Positions 44,240-64,000 of a stretch of DNA of 64,000 nucleotides are shown here, in pieces. Under the pieces are notes generated by a model. That model was not told the DNA's origin and did no database searches. It saw only the letters and a program-made list of their open reading frames with translations. Positions within the stretch are counted from its first letter, which is position 1. Each line of letters begins with the position of its first letter. The DNA is from the human T2T-CHM13v2.0 reference genome, Homo sapiens. The stretch lies in the NCBI RefSeq assembly GCF_009914755.1, contig NC_060936.1. One strand, given 5' to 3'. Position numbers and translations under genes: made by a program.

Positions 44240-45917
44240 TAACCTAGGTCAGTATCGTGTTGGTAAAATACGGAGAGAGGATGTTTGAGCAGAAGGACCT
44301 ACCTCATCTTCTCACCTGTTCTAGGCTGCTACCTTCTCTTTCTACAAACCAAAGGAGGGGGCTCATAACTCAATGGGCCTTGTGGGAAAGGCTAACCAGA
44401 CTAGTCACTGCTGAATTCCTCTAAGGGATTCCCCTACCCTGACTGCCCTTGCCACAGTTGCACCCACCATCCTAGGGGCAGTAAGTAGAGAGAGCTGTGT
44501 GAGAAGAGCACTCTTTCCACTCCAGATGTCCCCTACAACCTATATCCTCACGGCCACTAACAGTTTGGGCCCGTAGCATCACTCATCTGGACCGCTCCCA
44601 TGTGGTCTCCCCATCACAACAAAGACTGCAGCAAGGTGGACAGAGAACTCCAAGAGAGCCAGGAAAATACCTTTATAAACCATCACAGAAAGCCTGATTT
44701 CCACTCGCTAAATCCATTAATAAAGAGAGGAGAAATTTTAAAATTCCAAGGCACCTGGTTACTAATCTGATTCTGGCCTACATGTGGATATTCAATAAAT
44801 ACTTGTTAAGTTAAATTGACTCAAGGTTTTATTTATTCAGCCTACTTAAAGCTTATGTAAACCCCTTGGAGATTTGTGTCAAGCTGTTAAGTTGGAAAAT
44901 ATAAGAAAAGTAGTATTTTCAATAGACCAGCTTTCCTCTTAATGTACTTTATGAACTTAGTGTAAACCAGGGAAATGGGGGAGGGGTACCAGAAGAGCAG
45001 AGGGGAAGGAGGTGAGGAGGAAGGAAGAGGTGAGGAGGAAGGAGAAGAAAAGCCTTTTCTGTCATTTCCTGCATTTGTCTTAATTGCTGTACTTATTAAC
45101 CAGCTACTGCCCTCTAGTGCTCACTGTATTAAGTTCGCATCTGAATTCCATTTTTATCTTTAAAAACTCTGGTGACACTTGGAAGGGATCAAATTTCCTG
45201 TTTTGCAGATAAGCAAATTGAAGTCCAGAGGAAAGAGGTATCAAACTGACCCAGGGGACTTCTGGACTCTTTGTTACCTCACCTATAACTTGTCTGGAAA
45301 ACTTTATTAAAAGCCTTTCTCAGAAATTTTAATTGGTAACCAGTAAAAATTGTAGCATCATGTTAGTGCTAGTTATTATTATTATTATTTTTGAGACGGA
45401 GTCTGGCTCTGTTGCCCAGGCTGGAGCGCAATGGTGCAATCTGGCTCACCGCAACCTCCGCCTCCTGGATTCAAACTATTCTCCTGCCTCAGCCTCCCAA
45501 GTAGCTGGAACTACAGGCACCCGCCACCACGCCCGGCTAATTTTTTGTATTTTTAGTAGAGGCGGGGTTTCACCGTGTTAGCCAGGATGGTCTCGATCTC
45601 CTGACCTCGTGATTTGCCCATCTCGGCCTCCCAAAGTGCTGGGATTACAGGCGTGAGCCACCGTGCCTGGCCTGTGCTAGTTATTATTTCCAATGTTGTT
45701 CTAAATTAAGCTTAGACTGATTGCTGGTCAATTTAGGTAAGGATATAAAATAATAGTGGTACATTTTTAACTTAGTACAAGTTTAGAAAATGTCTACAAT
45801 ACTTCTTTAAAAAGTTAACTAGAGGCCGGGCACGGTGGCTCACGCCTGTAATCCCAGCACTTTGGGAGGCCGAGGCGGGCGGATCACAAGGTCAGGAGAT
45901 CGAGACCATCCTGACTA

Positions 45918-46233
<316 letters not shown>

Positions 46234-46384
46234 CTAGATTCTCCCAAGTGAAGCTCTTTGCTCACTGATGGGAAAAAGGGGGGGTTGTCATTTTAACGTG
46301 GAACGCATATTTTCACCACATAATCATTTTGCTAGTGGAAATAAATGGAAAGTTATCCAGCTGGACATGCTACTTATGAGAACA

Positions 46385-47151
46385 CTACTGAGTAACAAAA
46401 GATTTATTCAAATATTTAATTGGAAGGAACTACATCTGGAATAAGTTTTAAAGGAATCCATATAAAAAGAAAAGCAAATCCATTAGAAATTGATATAAAC
46501 AGTTGATTTTATCTGGAACCAAGAATGTGAATGAATTGGAACCTAGATGTCCTAACCTGTTTCTTTGCATAAAAGCCAGTTGAATTTTGAAATTTATATG
46601 GCAATTATACTTTATTACTTTACATAGAGCTTTGTTTTTAGCTAATATTTTAGAGACAGATTACCCAAAATTACCTAATTTGGTTCCCACTTCATTCCTT
46701 CTCAAAAACCAAACATAAAACAGAAGGGGGCCAGCTGTGGTGGCTCATGCCTGTAATCCCAGCACTTTGGGAGGCCGAGGAGGGTGGATCACTAGGTCAG
46801 GAGTTTGAGACCAGCCTGACCAACATGGTGAAACCCCGTCTCTACTAAAAATACAAAAATCACCCAGGTGTGGTGGCACATGCCTGTAATCCCAGATACT
46901 TAGGAGGCTGAGGCAGGAGAATCGCTTGAACCCAGGAGACGGAGGTTGCGGTGAGAGCCGAGATCGTGCTACTGCACTCCAGCCTGGGCAACAGAGCAAG
47001 ACTCTGTCTCCAAAAAAAAAAAAGGAAAGCAGAAGGGGGCATTTTCCTGTCTTCAAAATACAACCTCCTGCTAAGACTAGCAAGTCAGCAGAAACTCATT
47101 GCATTTGGGCTTCTGGTTACTAAATGAATTAAGAGACACCGAGTTCCATCC
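46385..47151 (-). other. MANSC1: MANSC1 proximal 3'UTR (contains one antisense Alu at about 46728-47022)
   Basis: Follows the stop codon; minus-strand AATAAA at 46616-46611 and 46408-46403. Cleavage position is estimated. Confidence 0.7.
46403..46408 (-). terminator. Candidate proximal polyadenylation signal AATAAA of MANSC1
   Basis: TTTATT on + strand, followed on the - strand by U/GU-rich sequence (TCTTTTGTT...GTAGTGTT). Confidence 0.6.
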
Positions 47152-48138
<987 letters not shown>

Positions 48139-48180
48139 TTAAAAAAATACAAACATATCAGCTTGTTCAAAAGATCCCTA

Positions 48181-48300
<120 letters not shown>

Positions 48301-49507
48301 TTAAACAAAAAAATCTCCAAACTGTTGATACTTGACATTTCATTGAAATGTGTGCAAAATGGAAAAACACAAATTGCTAAATGAGAATCTGATAACGCCG
48401 CCTCTCTACCAGATGCTGTGGTTTATTTCTAGCATGATAGGACAGAAGAGAAGAGAAATGTGTGGAGGAGGACCAGGCAAATTAAGGAAAAGGTGGGAGG
48501 TGCACAGCAGAGAAGCTGGAGGGGCTCAGCAGGGCAGCAAGAGGCTTACAAAGATGGAAAGGGTTCTCCGTCTTCCTAAGGGGCCAAGGCCAGGGAAAAA
48601 AGTGGGCCGGTGGGTGACCTGAGCAGGAAAGGTTGGCAGGGAGAATGCGGGGGAAGGTGTGGGCTTCTGCAAGACATGCCACCTAAGACTGAGATGACAA
48701 ATGGGGAGCAAGTAATCATCAGGAGAGATTTCAGTGGGGGCATGAGGCAGGCAAGAAAGGTATGTGGAAGCTGTGGGAAATGAGGCAATAGAGCCGGAGA
48801 GAGGGAGCAGAATCCCTGTGGTGTGTCTCTGACAGGGAGAAGGAGGAGGGGCCAGGCAGGGTCTGGTCTCCGCTCTGAGCACTGAGGCCACAGCAGCAGC
48901 AGAACAGCAACAACGACAACAAAAAACCAGAGATATATCGTTCCAGCACTGTGCGCAGAGGAGGGAGGCTATCTGGGAGATTTCATTTGGACTCTCAAAG
49001 ATTAGAATTTTGGAGCCAATGTCATAGGTCATGAGGATGATGGGACCAATATTTGAAATCATGATGACCACACTGTAGACATAGAGGGCAGAAAAACCAT
49101 ACAGTCCCGATGCCTGCTGAGGAGAAACCAGCCCCAGATCCTGCTCCTGCTCCATGAAGCTTAGAATTTTTCTCCTGATCACACACCCCATTTATCACAG
49201 CTCAAACTGGAAAGACCTGTTCAAGCAATCAAGTGCAGGGAATGACCAGGTGAATTGCCATGTATCACTCTGCTGCTAGGCTAACCATCTCACATTAGAA
49301 CTGCAGAAAACACAAGGAAAGAAGCAGAGGAATGTCCTGGCATTTCTCAGTCCACTCACTCCTGCTCTCTTTTCCTTTTTCTTCCTCAATTCACCTCCAT
49401 GCCAGTTTCCAAACTGGTCCTCAGTCTCCTCTTTCCTACAGACGGATCCAGAGGCAGCTACGGATTCATGCCATCTCGTGACTACTCTCTAAGCCTTACC
49501 CCTCTGA

Positions 49508-50110
<603 letters not shown>

Positions 50111-50156
50111 TCTAGGATATAGTATTCTACTCTAAAGTAGAATTTGGGTCAAATGA

Positions 50157-50390
<234 letters not shown>

Positions 50391-51694
50391 TGAACTCCTG
50401 GAATCAAGCAATCCGCCCACCTCAGCCTCCCAAAGTGCTGGAATTACAGGTGTGAGCCATCATACTTGGCCTATAATTCATTTTAAAGTTAAAAAAGAAA
50501 AAGACTGTTTAAGTAAACACTCTGTGATGTGTGTGAAATCAGAACTTAAATATGGCCATTGACAAGAATGGCCAAAACAGCTGTTTTCTTTCTCAAGCAT
50601 GCAAGCTCATAAATAAAGCAAAGCTAGGGCCAGTCCCACTTCTTGATAAGATTCCTCTGTTGGCAGAGGTCCTAGAACCACAAAGGGATCCTCCACACCT
50701 GCTCCATTCGCCTCACCCACTCATGTTTGCCATTGGGGCATGGTGCTTCCTCTCAGTCACGCAGAGATGAGCCACAAAGGGAGCTGCAAAGCAGCTCAGC
50801 GCCCTTAACTCCTCTTTGGAGTTTTATTTTCAAACGACTTCACTGAGTTGAAAAATGAGAGACTGACTATTACTGGGACCCCAGCTGAGCAAACAGACTC
50901 CCAATTTATTCTATGTCTGAATTCTCCTATTCTTCCAGTCCTTGGTAAAAATGACATGCCATGAAGCTGCCAACAACAACAATAAAAGATTAAATACCAA
51001 ACTGCAATGGCTTTAGAGAATGAACAGAATCCACTGTCATCTTTCAAACTCTTGGTCCGTAAATATTAGTCAATGGGATATAGGAAATAGAGGCTGGGCA
51101 CGGTGGCTCATGCCTGTAATCCCAGCACTTTGAGAGGCCGAGGCAGGATGATTGCTTGAGGCCAGGAGTTTGAGACCAGCCTGGGCAACATACTGAGACC
51201 CCCCCATTGCTACAAAACATTTTAAAAAATTAGCCTGGCATGGTGGTGCATTATCTGTAGTCCCAAATACTTGGGAGGCTGAATGGAGAGGACTGCTTGA
51301 GCTCAGGAGGTGGAGGCTGCAGTGAGCCATGATCGCGCCGCTGCAGTGAGCCATGATCGCGCCACTGCACTGCAGCCTGGGCAACAGAGTGAGATGCTGC
51401 CTTAAAAAAAAAGAAAAAAAAAAAGAGAGAGAGAGACAGAAAAGAAAAAGAAATAGAGTTCTTCCAGAAACAAACCACCAAACAGATAATCTGTATTTAA
51501 TTTCACTCCAGGCAGGAGGCAGATAATTCATTTTTAATGGGGTAATATGAATTCATCAACATGGACAGATTCATACACAGAATTACAAACACAACTTGCA
51601 CACATCCTGTAGATATAAACAGTCCTTTGCATACTATGTCCGGGGTTGGTGCCACGTTGCCCCTAGGTGTCCATCAACCTGCTCAGGGGCCGGC

Positions 51695-51712
51695 AACGCC
51701 CCCTGGTGGCTG
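51695..51712 (-). promoter_or_regulatory. CTCF core motif in MANSC1 intron 3
   Basis: Minus strand CAGCCACCAGGGGGCGTT, a near-perfect match to CCACCAGGGGGCGC, in non-repeat sequence with retained CpGs. Confidence 0.65.
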
Positions 51713-52099
51713 CCACAAGAACAGTTTAATTCTAATTTCACTTCATTACCTTCACACTCGCCCTAAAAAGATTTATGCACATGCCAAGTTCCCTTTTTTC
51801 CGTTCCCATTGGCAAGGAACTTCATCCCATACATGCTCTTTTATATGTGCATTACAAAAGTAACAACACTCCAGAAGTATTAGAAAACAAATTCAGCTGT
51901 AATTTCTATCATCGTATCCTAACAACAATTATTTACACAATACTCTGTGCTTCACGCTCCTGTTTGAGAGGATGTTTGACCCATCAGGCTTCCCTGGCAC
52001 ATGAACAAAACTCAGACACAGCCTCAGCTAGGGGGCAAAGCAGTGTCAACACGCAGGCACCCTGGGCAGTATCATTCCCCGAAGCCCCTCATACTTAAT

Positions 52100-54045
<1,946 letters not shown>

Positions 54046-54070
54046 TGAACAAGTAGAATATTAAAAATCA

Positions 54071-54460
<390 letters not shown>

Positions 54461-54579
54461 TCACGAGGTCAGGAGATTGAGACCATCCTGGCTAACACGG
54501 TGAAACCCCATCTCTACTAAAAGTACAAAAACAAAATTAGCCGGGCGTGGTGGCGGGCACCTGTAGTCCCAGTTACTCA

Positions 54580-54726
<147 letters not shown>

Positions 54727-55090
54727 CTAAATTCTGTAATTCTGATTTTATGCAAATACTGTCTATGAAGGGTCCACAGAATTACCTAAGCAACATTAAT
54801 TTGTTTTCACCTTTTTTATATGGATAATCTCAAAAAAAAGAAAAATTGATACTGAAACCACTTCAACTTGAAAAATTAACAAGCCAAAGTCTCAGCAAAA
54901 CATATCCCAGGAATTATATTAATTTTTTTGCTATTTATTTTCCATTCTGAATTAATATGTAAGTTCCATGAACATGGAGATTGTAGTTCTAGTGCTTTGG
55001 ACAGAATCTGGCACATGGTAAATGTTTAATAAATATTTCTTGAATGAATTTCCTTTCCAGTCTAGACAATAAAATCCAGTGAGTTTGATT

Positions 55091-55132
55091 TCAGACGAGA
55101 TTGGGTGCGTTCAGGGTGGTATGGCCATAAAA
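55091..55132 (-). pseudogene. Tailless 5S rRNA retropseudogene (5' 42 nt only)
   Basis: 37/42 match to the reverse complement of the 5S 5' end (TCAGACGAGATCGGGCGCGTTCAGGGTGGTATGGCCGTAGAC); 14-bp TSD AGTTTGATTTCAGA at 55082-55095 and 55133-55146; no poly(A). Confidence 0.9.
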
Positions 55133-55515
55133 AGTTTGATTTCAGATAATGTGATTATAATGGGAACTTAATAACAAATATACTAGAACTTTCTATATTA
55201 ACACAAGTCTTCACCCTTTCAAAACAATCACCCTGGAGACCTGTATACTTATTCCAGTGTTGCCGACCTTGTTCTAAAGAGGTGCTTCAAAAACGTTTCA
55301 TACAAGGTTTGTGTGTCTTTTATCTCATGAAGGTAAAAACAGAAACAAACCAGAACAAATACTACCATGGCTTTCATTGGAAATCAAATTTTGGTTTAAT
55401 AAATTGAATTTCCAGTCATGAGATTTTCTGATATGTCTGGTACCCCTTCTGGTAGTTTTATTTAGACTCTTGTAGAAAATCTTTCACATGAACCAGTCTT
55501 AAATTATTCCAATCA

Positions 55516-55761
<246 letters not shown>

Positions 55762-55882
55762 TTATTATGGAGTCCAACACAAACACCTTTGTTCATTTTG
55801 TTCACTTGCTTGCTGACCGCTGAATCATTTCCTTTTCCTTAGCTTAGTTGCTTAAGGCAATTTTAAAAAACATTGGGTTTAG

Positions 55883-56012
55883 CTTTTTTTTTTTCACAAG
55901 GTGGCACCGAAGGCGAAGAAGGAAGCTCCTGTCCCTCCTAAAGTCAAAGCCAAAGCAAAGTCTTTAAAGGCCAAGAAGGCAGGGCTGAAAGGCATCCACA
56001 ACCACACACACA

Positions 56013-56047
<35 letters not shown>

Positions 56048-56380
56048 CTAAGACCTGCATGTCACTTACCTCCAGCAGCTCAAGACACTGTGGCTCCAGA
56101 GGCAGCCCGAGTATCCCGGGAAGAGTGCTCCCACATGTTTGACCACTCTGCCATCATCAAGCCCTGACTACTGATGTGCTATGAAGATAGAAGACAACCA
56201 CACACTGGTGTTCACTGTGGATGCCAGGGCCGGCAAGCACCAAAGAGGCTGTGAAGAGGCTCTCTGACACTGATGTGGCCAAGGTTACACCCTGAGCAGG
56301 CCTGATGGAGAGAAAGAGGCATGCGCTCTGCTGGCCCCTGCCCACAATGCTTTGCATGTTGCCTACAAAACTGGGATTAT
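55883..56380 (+). pseudogene. RPL23A processed pseudogene in MANSC1 intron 2 (antisense to MANSC1)
   Basis: TTTTCACAAG leader then GTG (mutated ATG) at 55901; encodes [32 protein letters not shown], then after frameshifts [21 protein letters not shown] and KTGII; intronless; (CA)n expansion inside; an Alu abuts the 3' end. Confidence 0.93.
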
Positions 56381-56412
56381 TTATTTTTTTTATTTTTTAT
56401 TTTTTGAGATAA

Positions 56413-56607
<195 letters not shown>

Positions 56608-58059
56608 TAGTCTTGAACTCCTGGGCTCAAGCTGTTTGCCCTAGTTGGCCTCTGAAAGTGCTGGGATTACAGGTGTAAGCCACTGCACCTGGCCATCTCT
56701 TGGATTCTGAAAGCATCTCAGATGCCTAATAAAGCCATGAGTGGAGTCAGTAAATTATCATAGATATCATGGCTCCTTCCACACAGGATCTGAGTAGTAT
56801 ATGGAATACAGTCTATCTTTTAATTTTTATCTGTACCATTCTTTGTGTTTTTCTTCCAATTACCCCTCTCTCCTTGTCATATTTGCTTTTCTATGTTCCT
56901 TCCTTCCTTACTTTTCACTGTTAACTATAATTTCTGGTCTCTTTTCTTTTCTTTTTTGAGTCAGGGTCTTGCTCTGTCATCCAAGCTGCAGTGCAGTGGA
57001 ACAATCATGGCTCACTTCAGCCTTGACCTCCTGGGCTCAAACAATCCTCCCACCTCAGCCTCCCCAGTAGCTGGGACTTCAAGCGTGCACCACCATGCCT
57101 GGCTAATTTTTTGTTTTTTGTAGAGGCGGGGTCTCACTATGTTGCCTAGGCTGATCTTGAACTCTTGGGCTCAAGCAATCCATCCCCCTCAACCTCCCAA
57201 AGTACTGGGATTACAGGCATGAGCTAATGCACCCAGCTGCTGGCTTCTTTTTCTGTTCCTCTTGTGTCCAACAGAAATTAAACCCTCTATTCATCATGGC
57301 CTAGATTTGATTTTGTCCTCCATTTGGTACAGTCTCACATCTTTGGGAGGTCAGCGTATCCCTGGTCAGGCTGAAGGTTAAGAGACACATAGGCTAATTG
57401 TTAAAAACATACGCTCTGTCGACCATCACCACCACTGGTGCTAGTCAGGCAATGGTGAGAGATCAACTCCAACTCCCGAGATGGGAAGGAAGATTTAGTT
57501 AGCCTCTGCAGGAGTTTTATCACGTCATATCCCCATTACTCAGATAATAACAGGAGTACTCCTGCTTTTCCTTTCTCAACAATGTGATACCAGAAATACC
57601 TTTCTTTTTAGCACTTAGGTAAAGGGGAGGGTCCATAAGCTCAAAATTGTATGCAAGATATTGTGCCCATCGTGTTATGTGCATTTTTCTAGAGTATCAT
57701 CGAGTTATCATAGTGCCTTTTGAACCCTCGGTGGTTAAACCATTTCTCAGGAAGTGAGGAAAATGTTTGAGATCCATTAACTGAGGTTCCAAGTACCTCT
57801 GCTTGTAGCAAAGCAGTAATAGGACTTTGGCTTCTAGAATAAAACAGCAAACCCTCGTTTCTTAGAATTGAGGAGCAGGGCTTTGCTGATGCCTGTAAAT
57901 ACCACACTTACAGTATTCAGTCCTGCTTGCAGGTGATGTTTCTATTTCACATACATGTTGATGTCAACATTTAAAGAAAAACTAGAAATTTAAATTAAAC
58001 CTCTGTCATTTCCATAAATTACTTGCATAAAGTGTCCCAAAGCACACTGCTCAATGAGA

Positions 58060-58768
58060 CCATCGAAGGGATTTTTCCTCCTGACCCCAAGTATACGGTG
58101 TCTTCTCCACACCATTTTGCAGCAATAACCACATATCCTACTATTGAGTTCAATTCTGACACCAACTATCCAGAGCTGGCATCAGATTCCATGGATTATG
58201 GGCTCGGTATCACAAGACTGCCCTCATTTCAGAAGCCAGTAGCAAGTATCAGGTCTCCAGGTCACCCACACTTCTGCCTGACTCGGCTACTGCTAATTCA
58301 GGGATTCCCATGATCCTACCCCCTCAGATTTGATAATTTGCAAGAACAACTAATAGAACTAAGGAAAATGCTGTATTTACTATTACAGTTTATAATAAGG
58401 GATACAAATGAACAGCCAAAAGAGGCTCCTAGAGTCCCAAGTGCAGGAGACTTTGTCCCTGGGGAACTGAGGTGCATAATTCTCTTGACACTGGGATGTG
58501 TTCACCAACTTGGATGCTTCCCGATCATCTAGGGGTTTTTATGATGGTCTCATTTTACACAAGCATGATTGATTAAGTCATGGGCCACTGTGACTGAACT
58601 CAATCTCCAGTCCCTCCCCTGAGGTGAAGCCTCACTAGCACAAACTCAAGTATAGTTGAAAGGGGCTGGTTATGAATAACCAAAGACATGCTCCCATCTC
58701 TTGGGAAATTCCAAGGTTTTTAGGAGTTCTGTGCCAGGAACTGGAGACAAAGATCAAATATGTATCTT
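58060..58768 (-). mobile_element. MER21-family LTR
   Basis: TTCAATTCTGACAC..TCAGATTCCA..ACAAGACTGCCC..CATTTCAGA..TTTGATAATTTGC..AGAAC..AGGAAA..GGAAATTCCAAGG..TTTAGGAG..CTGTGCCAGGAAC..GACAAAGA..CAAATA. Confidence 0.7.
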
Positions 58769-58922
58769 TTGAGACAAGGTCTTGCTTTGTCACCCAGGCT
58801 GGAGTGCAGTGGTTCGATCAAAGCTCACTGTAGGCTGGGTGCGGTGGCTCACACACTTTGGGAGGCCAGCACTTTGGGAGGCCAAGGTGGGAGGATCATT
58901 TGAAGTCAGGAGTTCAAGACTA

Positions 58923-59153
<231 letters not shown>

Positions 59154-59175
59154 TCAACCCCCTAGGATCAAGTGA

Positions 59176-59469
<294 letters not shown>

Positions 59470-60209
59470 TAGTTTTTTTCATTTAGAGAACTCGGACAGG
59501 GTCATAAGTAAAATTGAAAAAAGGTTTTACTAAAATACACAGTATACTTCTCTTTTCAGTACAAATACTTAAATCCTAAAATATGCAAGTCCTGGTTCAA
59601 ACCTATGGGTCTCAGTTTCCTCCTGTGTCATGAAAATGGGCCAGACTAATTGATTCCCCATCCCATTAGAGTTCTAGAAGCTGTAGTTACCTAGTAGTCA
59701 GTGTTTTTTTTTTTTTTTTTTTTTTTTTTTTGACTTATCCTATGCCACCAGCTCCAAGGAAGGAGACGAAGTGGAGGTTTTATGCTTCCAACTTAAAGAT
59801 CAAATGCTGATTTTCCCAAGAGATAAGAATTCTATTTTTTGTCTCAACCCCTTTTCTCTGTTTACATTTTCTTTGTAATATCACACTGTATTCCAATACT
59901 CCATGCTGATGGCAGCTAACCATTTCAATAGGATTTTTGTTTTCAATATTCTAGATACCGGTTGGGATATAACACCAGTGATTCTCAACCTCTTGTCTAC
60001 CCAGTCACCTGAGGGATATATACATACATTCATCAATAACTTTGACTCAGCTTAGGAGAGGGGAGGGCACACTTGTAGAAAATTCTCCAGTGATTTTGTC
60101 ACTTATATTCATACCCTGTCGAGAATCACTGGTATAAGTTATTCAGCTACATCCCCCAGCTCCTGAAGCCACAAAACACATGGAACAAAGGATTGCCAAG
60201 AAACCACTA

Positions 60210-60470
<261 letters not shown>

Positions 60471-60957
60471 TCAAGGATAATCCTCCCTCTGGTCTTAGTT
60501 TGCTTTAAGAAGGCTGCACAGATGATGAGATTTCTCTCTAGAACAAAAATGGAAAATCATCAATGAGTTTTGTTTCTTTAACAAACAAGGGAAGAAACAT
60601 TTCATTTCCTTAAAGTCAATGAAAAGGATCCACATACAATTTAGAGAAGAAAAGATACACGTATTTTTTGTTTCACTTTTAGTAAATTTAAGACAACTTT
60701 TCATTAAACATTTGGCAAAGAACTAATAAGCATAAACAAACATACTACCTCACCAATGCTTAAAAGCTGACAATGCTTATGAAGGAACAGGTATAAACAG
60801 TAGGCCTGCCTCGGAATTCTACAATCCTTCCCTCTTCTAACTCAGAGCGGAGAGGGCACACATTTCTAGTCACTGATGAAGCAGTAGTAATAGGTTTGAG
60901 CATATTTCCTTTCTCAGTAATAACAATCAGCATTTTAAAATCATCTACTAGGGGCTA

Positions 60958-61291
<334 letters not shown>

Positions 61292-61362
61292 CTAAGGAAT
61301 TTACCACTCTTTTGAATTGTTATTCTCTTTAATTTATTACCATCTTTAATCTTTATACCAAC

Positions 61363-62137
<775 letters not shown>

Positions 62138-62216
62138 ACAACCTTGCAAAAAAGCTATTATTGGCCGGGTGCGGTGGCTCATGCCTGTAATCCCAGCACT
62201 TTGGGAGGTCAAGTCA

Positions 62217-62447
<231 letters not shown>

Positions 62448-63014
62448 TCAAAAAAAAAAAAAAAAGCTATTATTTTCCTCATTTTATAATGAAGAAACTG
62501 AGATAGTCTTTCCTATTGCTGCTTCTCCTTAAGAAGTATCAAATCAGAGTTAGAAAACTCTAATAATCTAATTCTAGAAATTAGCCAGTCAGCAGGAGGA
62601 ATACGCTGCCTCAGTTAAAGGAAAGTTTAGGGGCAGGTTTTCTTTTTGACAGCCTTAAAAATACAAAAGTCACACTATGTATAATGCCAACTCTATTGAG
62701 ATGCTGGTTCTTTTAGGAAAAATAAATGTTAAACTGGCAAGACAATACAAGAAATTATCCTCACCTATCAACCTCCACATTTCCTTTTAACATTTCATTA
62801 AACATTTTGTTGAATACAAATTGTTTGCTGAATGATAGCTTAGAGCAGAATTACTACTTCTTTAACCTTTGTTTATTAACCCCTTTGATAGTCTGAGGAA
62901 GCTCAGGATCTCTTTTGTGAGACATATTTAAAAATGCATAAAATGGAATATGTAGGATTCCAAAGGAAGCCAGTTATAGTGAAATATAATTACCAAAATA
63001 GATTTTAGAATGTC

Positions 63015-64000
<986 letters not shown>

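Noticed and set aside
55901-56167. 88-aa RPL23A-like ORF as a functional retrogene
   Set aside because: The start is GTG, and the (CA)n expansion and frameshifts destroy the conserved domain.

Overview
This is human DNA that I recognise as chr12p13.2. The left two-thirds is repeat-dense intergenic sequence (very many Alus, plus MLT1/MLT2, MER41A, MER39, MER21, MER20, MER5, MER47, L1, L2 and MIR relics) and contains the forensic STR D12S391 at 14088-14191. The right third holds the three coding exons of MANSC1 on the minus strand (60437-60215, 55685-55545, 48083-47152), which splice via GT-AG junctions into an intact 431-aa type I membrane protein; its non-coding first exon lies beyond the right end. 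Retrocopies include a U6 snRNA pseudogene split by an Alu, a tailless 5S rRNA fragment and an RPL23A processed pseudogene. Nearly all other ORFs in the track are Alu or low-complexity artefacts. I see no convincing new gene system. The most unusual signals are (i) a ~105-bp unique segment duplicated in inverted orientation 15 kb away inside an Alu tail without a retrotransposition signature, (ii) a MER41A solo LTR whose target-site duplication (TSD) encloses an extra tRNA-Arg primer-binding-site/U5 unit, (iii) a fold-back templated Alu 5' junction, and (iv) an extended MANSC1 3'UTR carrying inverted Alus and a (UG)25 tract. Repeat subfamily names are from memory of consensus sequences, not from a search.
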